This document shows, one piece after another, positions 43,262-52,176 of a stretch of DNA of 56,830 bases. The stretch covers positions 1 through 56,830 of IMG/VR virus record IMGVR_UViG_3300025872_000066. One strand, given 5' to 3'. The DNA is from a virus. Lineage: Duplodnaviria > Caudoviricetes. The notes under the pieces were generated by a model that ran no database searches, was not told the origin of the DNA, and saw nothing but the letters and a program-made list of their open reading frames with translations. A program made the position numbers and the translations under genes. How positions within the stretch are numbered: position 1 is the stretch's first letter; every line of letters starts with the position of its first letter.

Positions 43262-46200
43262 GCGTAATCGACGCCCAGGATGGCGAGCGGGTCTTCTGCC
43301 TGCTTCTTCTTGTCCCGTGCCCGTTTCGCGGCCTCGGACTGCAAAACGCGGTACAGCAAATACTGCCGCTGCTCGGGCTCGCTGAGGCGGGCGAGGTCCT
43401 CGGGCTTAATGAAGAGGTTCTCGTAGGTGCTGACGCCGGGGGCCGCATCCAGCAGTTGGTTCAGCGTGGTGCGTGCCGCCAGCCGCAGCGTCTTGTCCTG
43501 GTCAACGTCCTGGAACTTCATGCCAGTCAGCGTGTTGAACGCTAGCTTGGCGGCACGCTCTGCAGGGCTGATGCGGTTGTCGCGGAGCTGACGCATCAGG
43601 CCTAGGACCCGCGAGCCGCCCGGGGCGTTGACGGCGATCTGCTCGGCCATCCGCCCCCAAGAGCCAAGGTAGGGGCTCAGTGATCCCAGGTCATGCTCCA
43701 GCATGCTGTAGAGGTCACTGAGCTGCCGGCCGCTATAGAACTGCCGGTTCAGCACGCTCTCTAGCGGGCCCTTCAGGAGCGGGTTCGCCTGGCCCAGGAT
43801 GTTGGACCCGGTCTTCATCAGCGAGTCAGACACACGCTGGGCGACGTTGTTTCCAATGCCAGGCGTAAACAGGTTCAGCAGCGACTCATGCGGCAGGTCG
43901 ATGTTGGTAAGGAACCGCTGCACGCCAGGGGTCTTGACGCCGAAGATAGAAGAGGCATCGACAGGGATCGCAGCCGACTGCCGCAGGTACTCTGGCGTGA
44001 ACTGGTCCTCGCTCGGCTCGCTGCCGCGGTTGATCGCCCGCATCGACTGGCCCGTCAGGCCATACGGCCGCTCCACCAGCTCCTTGGCGACGAACGGGGT
44101 GATGCCCTTCTGGAAACGATAGAACGGAAAAATCTTGGTGAGGAAGTCGCGCTCAAAGGATGTGAAGTTCTCCGGCCCGTACAGCACCTGCGTTAGGTCG
44201 GTGAGCGCCTTCGCAGCCTCGGGGCTGTCGCCCTTGCGGACGCGGTTCAGGAACGTGCCCAGACGATTGCCAGCGTCAGTGAATGATGCAGCCCGGTCGC
44301 TGAGGTCCAGCAGGAAGTTGGGGTTGCTCGTCCGGCCGCGAGTAGCAAACGGGTTCCAGGTCTGCCAGGAGAGCCATGGCTTGTCGCGGACGTTCCGGAA
44401 CAGCCCGCCGGCCGCCCCAGGGAACGCCTCGTTCATTTGCAGGTTTGTTGCCTGCCGGCCCAGGTCATCTGCCACGGTGCCGGACGTCAGCCCCTGGCCA
44501 CCGGCCGCCTTCAGGAACTTGCGGGCCCGGGCCTCAGCCAGCTGCTCTTCAGTGACGAGCGTATAGCCAGCCGGAAGCGATGCACCGGGCTTGCCGACAA
44601 CAACGTCGCCTGGGAAGAGGTCTTCGACCCTGTACCCCTTGGCGTTCTGCAGTCGCTTAGACAGGCCGGCATAGTCGCCGCCAGCAACACGGGCGCCGGT
44701 CAACCAGTCAGTCGGGCTGAACCCATCCCGGGTCGCACTAGCAAAGGCCCCTGAATAGGCATCACGTAAATGGCGTGCCGGGCTCGCCAAGGCTAACGTC
44801 TTAAATGAGTCGGTGAAGTTCTGGAAGTTCTTCAGCAACCCCTCGGCCTCGCGGGGCGTGCGGGCGGTGACCATCCGCTCGTTGAGCCGGTCCACTAGGT
44901 CCTTGCTCATCGACATGCGTGAGAGCGTGTCGGCGTCCCTGCCCATGCGATTGGCCAGCGACTGTACTGCGTCCTCCGTAAAGCCAAGGGCCTTGAGGGC
45001 GTCAGGCAATGCGATGTGCGTCCCGCCCGGAACGCTCTCGGCCATCTGCAGCAGGACGTCATAGCCGCCCCGCTTGAAGTCGTCGGAAATGAAATCCAGC
45101 AGCGAGTTGGCGTTCGCACGCATGCGACCGCGGTTCATTAAATAGGACGAGAAGTCGTTGAGGCTGTTGCCGAACTTCGGGATCCCCTGCTCGGCTGCCT
45201 GGAGCGGCGTGCGGCGAAGGCTGTCGGCCAGGCCAACGTACATGTCCTGCGTCCGCTTCAGCAGCTCGTCGCCCTCAAACTGATCCGCCAGAAAGCCGAA
45301 TGGACCTCCGGCAGGATTCCAGTCCGGGACGTTGCGTGCCAGCCAGTCATCGATCACGCCTGGGGCGTTGTCGGCAAACCACTCGGCGTTGGTGGCTTCC
45401 CTGAGACGCTTCTGCAGTGCCGGGTCTTGGGCCATCTTGTCCAGCACCCACGCCGGGAAAGCGCGGTTGTAGTCACGCCGGGATGCCGTGCCGCCTTCGC
45501 GGACGCCGCCAATCGCAGACCCCTTGCGGCTCCGGTTCACCTTGGGCTGATAGCCATCGGCGTACCGCGGGCGGTCGATCTCTGCCTGCTGGCGAGGGAA
45601 CCAGAAGATGTCGTTGGGGAGGTTTTCCTTTTCCAGAGGAATCCCCAGTTCCTTGGCGCGTGCCAGTTCGTCGTCCATCCGCTGACGCATCCACATCAGC
45701 AGGTTGCGGCCCCCATCTGACTGCAGGGCTCGCATGATTTCCGGATCGGTTACCTGCGACGTCTGGTTCTCTAAAACGTCGCGAACGGCCTTGGCGAACT
45801 CTGGCTTGCGGATGATGTTGTCTGGAATGTCGAACGCCGCATCCACCATGTTGTCGGCAATGTCCTGCCGAACGCGGGCCAGCTCTCGCCGCTGACCCTC
45901 GGTAATGCGGCGGGCGATGTACTGCCCCTTCTCGTCCGTGAAGCCCATAACCCTAGGGTCGAAGATCGCCTGGGCACCGCGGACCACCGGACCAAGGACC
46001 GGAGCGGCACGGGCGTAGTCTCCCAGCTTGTCGCTGGTCTTCGCCAGCCAGTCGCCGGCCGTCTTTCCGTAGAGGTCAGCAGAGCCTTCAACCATGCCCG
46101 GGATGGAGATTCGGTTAGTGCGAGCGAGCGGCTGGCCAAGAAGCTCCTCGGCCGCAGCGCCGGCGTACTCCTCCCACTTGGCCTTGGCAGCCGCCTGCTC

Positions 46201-46794
46201 GGCGGCGTCACCCGCCATGTCGATCAGCGTCTGCGGGGTGGACTCGCGGAGAAACTGGGCCGTGCCCATGTTCTTCTGCTTGGCCAGGAGTCCGATATCG
46301 CCGGCCATGAGCCCGGCCTTCTCGGCGGTCTTTGCGGCGGCCGTCTTGGCCCCGCGACCCAGCAGGCCGATGCCGACGTAACTGAGGGGGTCCAGGGCGA
46401 TCTCGGCCAGCATGCCACCCGCGAAGTTTCTCCAATTGTCCTCAGAGCCCGTCAGGCCGTATTGGCGGGCCAGTTCCCGGCCGGTGACTCTTTGTTCACT
46501 ATCTTCCCAGAGGGCCGACAGGGCCTTCCCAGGGCCTCCAGAGAGCAGTCCGCGGACAACGGCCCCGGGAGTGTCTAGAGCCCAGCCGAATAAGGAGAGG
46601 CCAGACGAGCCAGCGTTGGCAAGCTGGCGAAGGAGGGTGGTCTTCTCTTCTTCCGGGAGGAGGTCGGCTACCTGGGGCTGCCGTTTGCGGATCGGGATCA
46701 CGCCAAGGATATCGGCGTCGCCCATGGGCGTTCCGATTCGCTGGCGGATCTCCCCCTCTGGGTCGTAGATGTCAAAGAGGGGCGAGAGTGCCAT
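43258..46794 (-). CDS. large internal virion/DNA-ejection protein
   Basis: 1178 aa, last gene of the late operon; DPLSY, IFPFYRF and NPLLK..E...NRQFYSG segments seen in podoviral ejection proteins. Confidence 0.7.
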   Translation of the reverse strand: MALSPLFDIYDPEGEIRQRIGTPMGDADILGVIPIRKRQPQVADLLPEEEKTTLLRQLANAGSSGLSLFGWALDTPGAVVRGLLSGGPGKALSALWEDSEQRVTGRELARQYGLTGSEDNWRNFAGGMLAEIALDPLSYVGIGLLGRGAKTAAAKTAEKAGLMAGDIGLLAKQKNMGTAQFLRESTPQTLIDMAGDAAEQAAAKAKWEEYAGAAAEELLGQPLARTNRISIPGMVEGSADLYGKTAGDWLAKTSDKLGDYARAAPVLGPVVRGAQAIFDPRVMGFTDEKGQYIARRITEGQRRELARVRQDIADNMVDAAFDIPDNIIRKPEFAKAVRDVLENQTSQVTDPEIMRALQSDGGRNLLMWMRQRMDDELARAKELGIPLEKENLPNDIFWFPRQQAEIDRPRYADGYQPKVNRSRKGSAIGGVREGGTASRRDYNRAFPAWVLDKMAQDPALQKRLREATNAEWFADNAPGVIDDWLARNVPDWNPAGGPFGFLADQFEGDELLKRTQDMYVGLADSLRRTPLQAAEQGIPKFGNSLNDFSSYLMNRGRMRANANSLLDFISDDFKRGGYDVLLQMAESVPGGTHIALPDALKALGFTEDAVQSLANRMGRDADTLSRMSMSKDLVDRLNERMVTARTPREAEGLLKNFQNFTDSFKTLALASPARHLRDAYSGAFASATRDGFSPTDWLTGARVAGGDYAGLSKRLQNAKGYRVEDLFPGDVVVGKPGASLPAGYTLVTEEQLAEARARKFLKAAGGQGLTSGTVADDLGRQATNLQMNEAFPGAAGGLFRNVRDKPWLSWQTWNPFATRGRTSNPNFLLDLSDRAASFTDAGNRLGTFLNRVRKGDSPEAAKALTDLTQVLYGPENFTSFERDFLTKIFPFYRFQKGITPFVAKELVERPYGLTGQSMRAINRGSEPSEDQFTPEYLRQSAAIPVDASSIFGVKTPGVQRFLTNIDLPHESLLNLFTPGIGNNVAQRVSDSLMKTGSNILGQANPLLKGPLESVLNRQFYSGRQLSDLYSMLEHDLGSLSPYLGSWGRMAEQIAVNAPGGSRVLGLMRQLRDNRISPAERAAKLAFNTLTGMKFQDVDQDKTLRLAARTTLNQLLDAAPGVSTYENLFIKPEDLARLSEPEQRQYLLYRVLQSEAAKRARDKKKQAEDPLAILGVDYA

Positions 46795-48306
46795 TTACCA
46801 CGTTGTAGTCGGAAGGTCGCCAGGGTCTGCGGAACCATCGTCACCAGGCGGTGGTGCGGCGGGCGCGGTCTTGCGTTTGCGAGCCGCAATTGCAGAAACA
46901 ATTACCTTGGCCCGCTCAAGGGGAATGCGGTGCTTCTGGCTGAGATATAGCGCCGCCTGCTCCTGCTCGGCCTCCGAGAAGTCGCTGGCGAAGGACCCCC
47001 AGAACCCACTCTGGTCCCATGCAAAGTTATCGTTGATGTATTTTTCAGCGTCCGCAACAATGTCTGCGTCTCGCTTGGCCTGAGCGTCGGCAACTTGCTG
47101 CTGTGCCACAGGGTTGTTCTGGAACATGCCCTGCGCGAGATTCATGCCCTCAAGCATGCGCAGCGCATTACGTACGCCCATCGCTTCGACGTCCAGCGGC
47201 CTGGCCCCGCCGAGAATGGCCGCCTGCTGCCCTGGGTCTAGACCAGGAAGCGCAAGCGCGCCGATGGCGTTCCCGGCCTGGATCATGGTGCGAGGCCGCC
47301 ACTGCAACTCTCGGTCGCGGGCGTCTTGAGCCCTGTTCGATGCTATGACGTCCCGGAGCTGATCGTCGGAGTATCGCGAGGCCGTGGCTGGATCCAGGCC
47401 GGACTGCGCCATCAATCTGCGGCGAATCTGCGGATCGCGAGCGTCACGCACTCTCTTATCCTGCTCCCGCAGGGCCTTCCGCGCTGTGTCATCGCCACGC
47501 ATGGCGGCGTCCTCGTTTGCGCGGCGCGTCGCGTTCATGCTGTTCTGGTGGGCAGTATGCGGAACGTAAGTACTGCCCTTTTCGTAAGCCGCCCGCGCCT
47601 TCTGCTCCTCGTCCGGGCCGTAGCGCTGGCGGATGTGGACAAAGGCAGCCTCCATTTCCTCTTTTCGCTTTTCTGCCTGCTGCAGGGCGTACTCTTCCGG
47701 ACGCCATCGCTGCATCTCGTCCGGATTGGATGTGACAAACTCCTCCCAACTGGCCTGCTGCGCCGGCGTGCCAGGATCAACCGGCGTCTGAGGATGCAGT
47801 CCAGCGCGGATGATGCGACCCTGCTCGCGGGCATAACGCTCGCTGTCGTCCCACTGCCGCTGCAAGGTGGGGCTGGGGCTCTGATGGCTCGGCGCCCCGG
47901 TGGCCGTGAAGTAATCGTCGTACATCTGCTGGTGACGGGCGTTGGCAGCGCGGTTTTCGGATTGGGCCTGGACGAGACGAGCCATGCCCTCGGGCGTCTG
48001 GTACTCCTGGTAGAGCCCGGCCGCCCCAGCTGGGCCGTAGGTGGCAACCTGATTGGCTCCAAGGCGGTAGGCGTCGGCCGGAGAAGCACCGGCGTCGCGG
48101 TGCATCTCGGCCAGCGACAACGCAACGGTCGGCTGCCCGCTCATGTCCTGGGCATCTAGAGACTGCATGACGCGGGATCGCGCCATCTGCTGGGCCTGCT
48201 CAGGAGTGATGTCGTACGTGCGGTACAGCTCGCGGGCCAGGGCATCCACCGCCTGGTCAGTGTCATCCTTAATCGGCAGCGTAGGCGCACCATCCAGGCG
48301 ATTCAT
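46795..48306 (-). CDS. internal virion protein (helical, Ala/Gln-rich)
   Basis: 503 aa, upstream of the large ejection protein. Confidence 0.65.
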   Translation of the reverse strand: MNRLDGAPTLPIKDDTDQAVDALARELYRTYDITPEQAQQMARSRVMQSLDAQDMSGQPTVALSLAEMHRDAGASPADAYRLGANQVATYGPAGAAGLYQEYQTPEGMARLVQAQSENRAANARHQQMYDDYFTATGAPSHQSPSPTLQRQWDDSERYAREQGRIIRAGLHPQTPVDPGTPAQQASWEEFVTSNPDEMQRWRPEEYALQQAEKRKEEMEAAFVHIRQRYGPDEEQKARAAYEKGSTYVPHTAHQNSMNATRRANEDAAMRGDDTARKALREQDKRVRDARDPQIRRRLMAQSGLDPATASRYSDDQLRDVIASNRAQDARDRELQWRPRTMIQAGNAIGALALPGLDPGQQAAILGGARPLDVEAMGVRNALRMLEGMNLAQGMFQNNPVAQQQVADAQAKRDADIVADAEKYINDNFAWDQSGFWGSFASDFSEAEQEQAALYLSQKHRIPLERAKVIVSAIAARKRKTAPAAPPPGDDGSADPGDLPTTTW

Positions 48307-49253
48307 CAGTATCCTCCAACGCGCCGAGGCGGAAGCCTCTGGCTAGGGTAAGTGCCCATCAGACGCGGCCGGACACGCACTTCGTCCACCAGGTCTGCGT
48401 CACTGAATGCGTCCGACTCTGGGCGAAACAGGTCGTCGGGTTCGATCTGGAAGTCTGGCATAGTGAGGTCTGCGAGCGCGGCGTGGATGTCGGAGTCGCC
48501 CCCCGGAGCGATAGACGCACCAGCCAGGCCGCTAAGGAAGGCATCCTCAGCTGCCGCCAAAGCGCGAGCCCGTGCGCCATCGTCCGCCTCCAGGCCCCAC
48601 GGGTAACCATCTGCGTCCGCGGCCCGCCCCCACGCATCCGAATCCAGGGCGGCAGCCTCTACGGAGACTGCATTGGCTGCAGCATCAGCGGCCTGGCGGC
48701 GCTGCCTCTCAGCCATGGCGTTCTGGATGGCAATACCACCAGCCGCCGTGGCCGCAGCTCCAGCCGCGGCCGGGAGAACGTACGGTGCAACGCGGCCCAA
48801 GGCCTCTCGCGTCCGCGCCGGGCGGGCGGCATCCATCTGCCGGCGGCGACGGGCGGCGGTGTCGAACGAGTCTGCAATCGACTCCAGCGACGTCATCGCA
48901 GACCCACGCGGATTGGCGGACGGGAATGGCACCTGCGAGTCGATCCACTGGCGAAGCGCCGCATTCTCTGGACCAAGGCCAGCAGCGGCGGACGCATCGG
49001 CAGCGTCCACAAGACGGCGAGCAGCAGACGGCATCGGAAGGCCAGCGGCCAGGAACTGCTCGGCCGTTGACAGCGTGCGAGGGGCAGCCTCCAGGACGGG
49101 CTCGGCAACCTGGGGCGTGCGGCCGTAGAACTCGTCCAGGAATCGAACCTGGTCGTCGTACCGCTGCGACCGCATCAGATCGTCCAGGTACCGCGCCGCC
49201 GTGGCGTCATCCAGGTGAGGTAGTGCCTGCCTGGCAATCCCTGCCCAGTCCAT
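48306..49253 (-). CDS. Ala-rich putative internal virion protein
   Basis: 315 aa, coupled on both sides, central hydrophobic Ala/Gly segment. Confidence 0.65.
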   Translation of the reverse strand: MDWAGIARQALPHLDDATAARYLDDLMRSQRYDDQVRFLDEFYGRTPQVAEPVLEAAPRTLSTAEQFLAAGLPMPSAARRLVDAADASAAAGLGPENAALRQWIDSQVPFPSANPRGSAMTSLESIADSFDTAARRRRQMDAARPARTREALGRVAPYVLPAAAGAAATAAGGIAIQNAMAERQRRQAADAAANAVSVEAAALDSDAWGRAADADGYPWGLEADDGARARALAAAEDAFLSGLAGASIAPGGDSDIHAALADLTMPDFQIEPDDLFRPESDAFSDADLVDEVRVRPRLMGTYPSQRLPPRRVGGY

Positions 49254-49498
49254 TAGCCCATCCTCGTCTTCTTGGGAGCCACTTCCTCTTCCTCGGGCGT
49301 GACGCGGGACGGCTTGCCACGCTTCTCTTCGACCAGGTCGGCCAGGTCGTTGCGCTCCTTGTCGGCCACCTCACGCTGCGACAGCTTTTCCAGGATGGCC
49401 TTCTCCTCGCCATCGCTCGCGACCAGGAGCTGGGCGACGAGCCGCTTCAGGGCACCCTTAGTCAGGTCATCGACGCTGAAGTTCATCTGTGCCGCCAT
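49253..49498 (-). CDS. small hypothetical protein
   Basis: 81 aa, TAATG coupling. Confidence 0.7.
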   Translation of the reverse strand: MAAQMNFSVDDLTKGALKRLVAQLLVASDGEEKAILEKLSQREVADKERNDLADLVEEKRGKPSRVTPEEEEVAPKKTRMG

Positions 49499-49974
49499 TA
49501 GAGGAGCCCCTGGAGAAGCGAGTTTGCGAGCTGGCTGCGACCACCGAAGCCGCTCATCATGTTTCCGAATACGTCGCCCATGAAGCCGGTCGCATTGCCG
49601 ATGGTCTGCAGTTGATTCATGGCCTGGTTCTGCGTGCGCTGCTCATTCAGCCGGGCGAGGGCCGTGCCGAACTGATCGCTGCGGATCTGATCATCCAGGT
49701 GCATGCCGGCGTTGTAGTAGGCGTCGCCCATCCGCACGCCCTCGGCGCCGGCCATGTTCTTGGCGTAGGCGTCCGCACTGGCCGCAGACCCGGCATATGC
49801 GGTGCCCTTGCTGGACGAGAGCCCGGCGCGCTGGTACTGCTTGCCGGTGAAGCGAGGGTTGGCCTCATAGTCGGCCATCGCACGCTGGTAGTTGGCGGCG
49901 GCGTTCGTCTGTTCCGGCGTGTACTGCGGCGAGTTCTGGTTGTGGTTGATGCGGATGTTCTGGTTCCAGGCCAT
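49498..49974 (-). CDS. putative internal virion protein
   Basis: Starts MAWNQN at 49974 (TAATG); ends ANSLLQGLL. Confidence 0.7.
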   Translation of the reverse strand: MAWNQNIRINHNQNSPQYTPEQTNAAANYQRAMADYEANPRFTGKQYQRAGLSSSKGTAYAGSAASADAYAKNMAGAEGVRMGDAYYNAGMHLDDQIRSDQFGTALARLNEQRTQNQAMNQLQTIGNATGFMGDVFGNMMSGFGGRSQLANSLLQGLL

Positions 49975-50339
49975 TACAACAGCCCTCCCAGCAACGAGTT
50001 GGCACCATTGAACATGTCGCCCATCCAACCGTAGGCAATCTTCTGGGCCGCCTGATTGCGAGCCATGGCGTTGGACTCCTGGTCAGCCAGGAGATTCAGG
50101 CCAGCCAGGGCAGACTGATTCGCGGCGTCAGAGGCCTTGCCGAAATACTGGCCAGCCGCCTGCGTGTTGGCCCGCCCAAGGTCAATGGCGGCAGCCTGCC
50201 CCATGGGACGGTAGAGGTCCGCAAAGTGCTGCTGGTTTGTGCCGCCGTAGAGTTTCGGGGCCGGGGCCTGCAACCGCTCCATCCCTGCGGACGGGTTGTA
50301 GACCTGCTTGTTGGGATTGATCTGCGTGCGGAGCTGCAT
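49974..50339 (-). CDS. putative internal virion protein
   Basis: 121 aa; ends ANSLLGGLL. Confidence 0.7.
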   Translation of the reverse strand: MQLRTQINPNKQVYNPSAGMERLQAPAPKLYGGTNQQHFADLYRPMGQAAAIDLGRANTQAAGQYFGKASDAANQSALAGLNLLADQESNAMARNQAAQKIAYGWMGDMFNGANSLLGGLL

Positions 50340-51274
50340 CAGAACCCTGCTCGGCCACGGAACGGCCGCTGGCTGACGCCAGCAGCGCCCGTGTTGAAAC
50401 CGTAATCCGACTTGTCATAGAGCCCGTCCAGGGCCCCATAGCCCATCCGCATCTGGGCCATCATGTCGTTGCGGATGCTGGGGTCCATGAGGTTCTTCTG
50501 GGTCATGCCGAACCCGGCGTTGACGTCCTGGCGGAGCCAGTTGCCCATGGAGTTCTTGTCGCTTAGGTCGTTGCGGAACTTGTCCAGCGAGCGAAACCCA
50601 GAGTCAATGGGCGTGTACGGGTTGTACTGCTGCCCACCTCCGCCGCCACCGCCGCCACCTCCGCCGCCGCCGCCGCCGCGCCGTCCGCCGCCGAAACTTC
50701 CAGAGCCAGAAAAGCCGTCGCCAGAGAAGTTGAATCCGCCACCAAACCCACCTCCGCCCGTGAGCCCGCCAAGGGCACCAGACATGGCGTTGGCACGGTT
50801 GGAGTCGGCGCCGGCAGCAGCACCGGCAGCACCAAGAGCAGCGGAGTAGTGCATGCCCTGGCCCATGGTGTTGTAGTAGGCGTTAGCCATCTGTCCCATG
50901 GCGTTGGCCTGGGCGATCTGGCTGTTGACCAGGGCCTGGTCCTTGCCAATGCCGTACTGGCCCATGGCGTTCTGGCCGGCAATGCCCAAGTTGGCAGCCG
51001 CCGTCATGGCCGCCTGGTCTTTTCCAGTCTGGGCAGCCACGCCGGCCTGATAGGCCTCATTGGATGTCGGCCGAATGCCGCCAGTGGGCGTGTACTGGTA
51101 CGGGCTGGCGGGAGGCCGGTAGTTAGGGTTGGGCGTGAAGTTGGACGGCTGGCCCTGGCTGTACATCATGGTCGGCTGGAACGGCTGCTGCTTCGACACA
51201 AGCCCGCCGCCGCCGCTCATCCAGGAACGCCCCTCGGGACTCATTTGCGGCTTTCCGCCAGAACCTGAAAGCAT
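50339..51274 (-). CDS. Gly/Met/Gln-rich pilot/ejection-like protein
   Basis: 311 aa, AGGAG RBS, poly-Gly run. Confidence 0.7.
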   Translation of the reverse strand: MLSGSGGKPQMSPEGRSWMSGGGGLVSKQQPFQPTMMYSQGQPSNFTPNPNYRPPASPYQYTPTGGIRPTSNEAYQAGVAAQTGKDQAAMTAAANLGIAGQNAMGQYGIGKDQALVNSQIAQANAMGQMANAYYNTMGQGMHYSAALGAAGAAAGADSNRANAMSGALGGLTGGGGFGGGFNFSGDGFSGSGSFGGGRRGGGGGGGGGGGGGGGQQYNPYTPIDSGFRSLDKFRNDLSDKNSMGNWLRQDVNAGFGMTQKNLMDPSIRNDMMAQMRMGYGALDGLYDKSDYGFNTGAAGVSQRPFRGRAGF

Positions 51275-51324
51275 GTGTTTTTCTCCTACCCATTAATGCC
51301 CAAGACCGGGAAATCGCTGCACGG

Positions 51325-52176
51325 CTACTCAGGACAGGACGTCCCGGACAGGAGGGTGGTCACCTCCTCGTCGTCCGCAGTGCCATAAATCACGGCCTGA
51401 CGGGTCTTGATCGTCAGGTCTGTGCCGTCCCACTCCACCCCTGTCACAATAGGGATATTCATGGGGTTCAGTTCCGATCCGCCAACGATGACCGGGCCTG
51501 TGAGCGTCACCGGACCCTCGTAGTACGTAGGCCCGTCGTAGTACGTCTCGTCGTAGTGGTAGGTCGGGCCGTGGTTGTGCGTGAAATAGTTGTGGGCCAC
51601 CTCGGTGTGGACCTCATGGCGGTTGATCACGTTGTTGTTATTGATCACCGGGCCCTGGTTGATCACCTGATTGCGGTGCGTGACGCGGCGGTCTACAAAC
51701 ACGTTGCCGCCGATGAAGACGTCGCCATCCTGGTAGATGTCCCCGCCGTTGATGATGTCGCCTTCGTTGTTGATGGTGGTGCTGTTGTTGGTGACGGTCG
51801 TTGTTTCCGGCGTCTGCATTGGCCCGGCTTGGACTGGGCCATCAATGACAACGACCGGCGGATCCAGATATGGCGTGTCCTTCCACTCCGGCCACTCGGG
51901 GTACGGAATAGGCGTGAACGGGACGTTCTGCCACGGCGGGATGTTGATGGTGATGTTCCGCGCGTCCACCATCTGCTGCGGAAACGACAGGCTCGGGCCA
52001 GCAGGGCCAAGCGTCGGGAAGAAGTTCTGCGTCGGCCGCGAGATGGTCAGGTTGCCGCGGTGCTGGATCGGCGCCTGGCAGTTCGCCAGCGACTGCACCA
52101 TCTCTTTGGCGGAGATGTCGCCCATGCCTCCAAGGCGGAGGGCGTTTTCGATCTGGCCGGACTGGCTGGTGAACAT
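51325..52176 (-). CDS. tail-associated protein with short beta-strand repeats (needle/spike-like)
   Basis: ~6-residue periodicity INNEGD/IINGGD/IYQDGD/VFIGGN and TYYDGP/TYYEGP/VTLTGP. Confidence 0.55.
   Translation of the reverse strand: MFTSQSGQIENALRLGGMGDISAKEMVQSLANCQAPIQHRGNLTISRPTQNFFPTLGPAGPSLSFPQQMVDARNITINIPPWQNVPFTPIPYPEWPEWKDTPYLDPPVVVIDGPVQAGPMQTPETTTVTNNSTTINNEGDIINGGDIYQDGDVFIGGNVFVDRRVTHRNQVINQGPVINNNNVINRHEVHTEVAHNYFTHNHGPTYHYDETYYDGPTYYEGPVTLTGPVIVGGSELNPMNIPIVTGVEWDGTDLTIKTRQAVIYGTADDEEVTTLLSGTSCPE

Noticed and set aside
50636-50692. (GCC)n-like tract
   Set aside because: Encodes the poly-Gly linker of the 50339-51274 protein, with synonymous variation.
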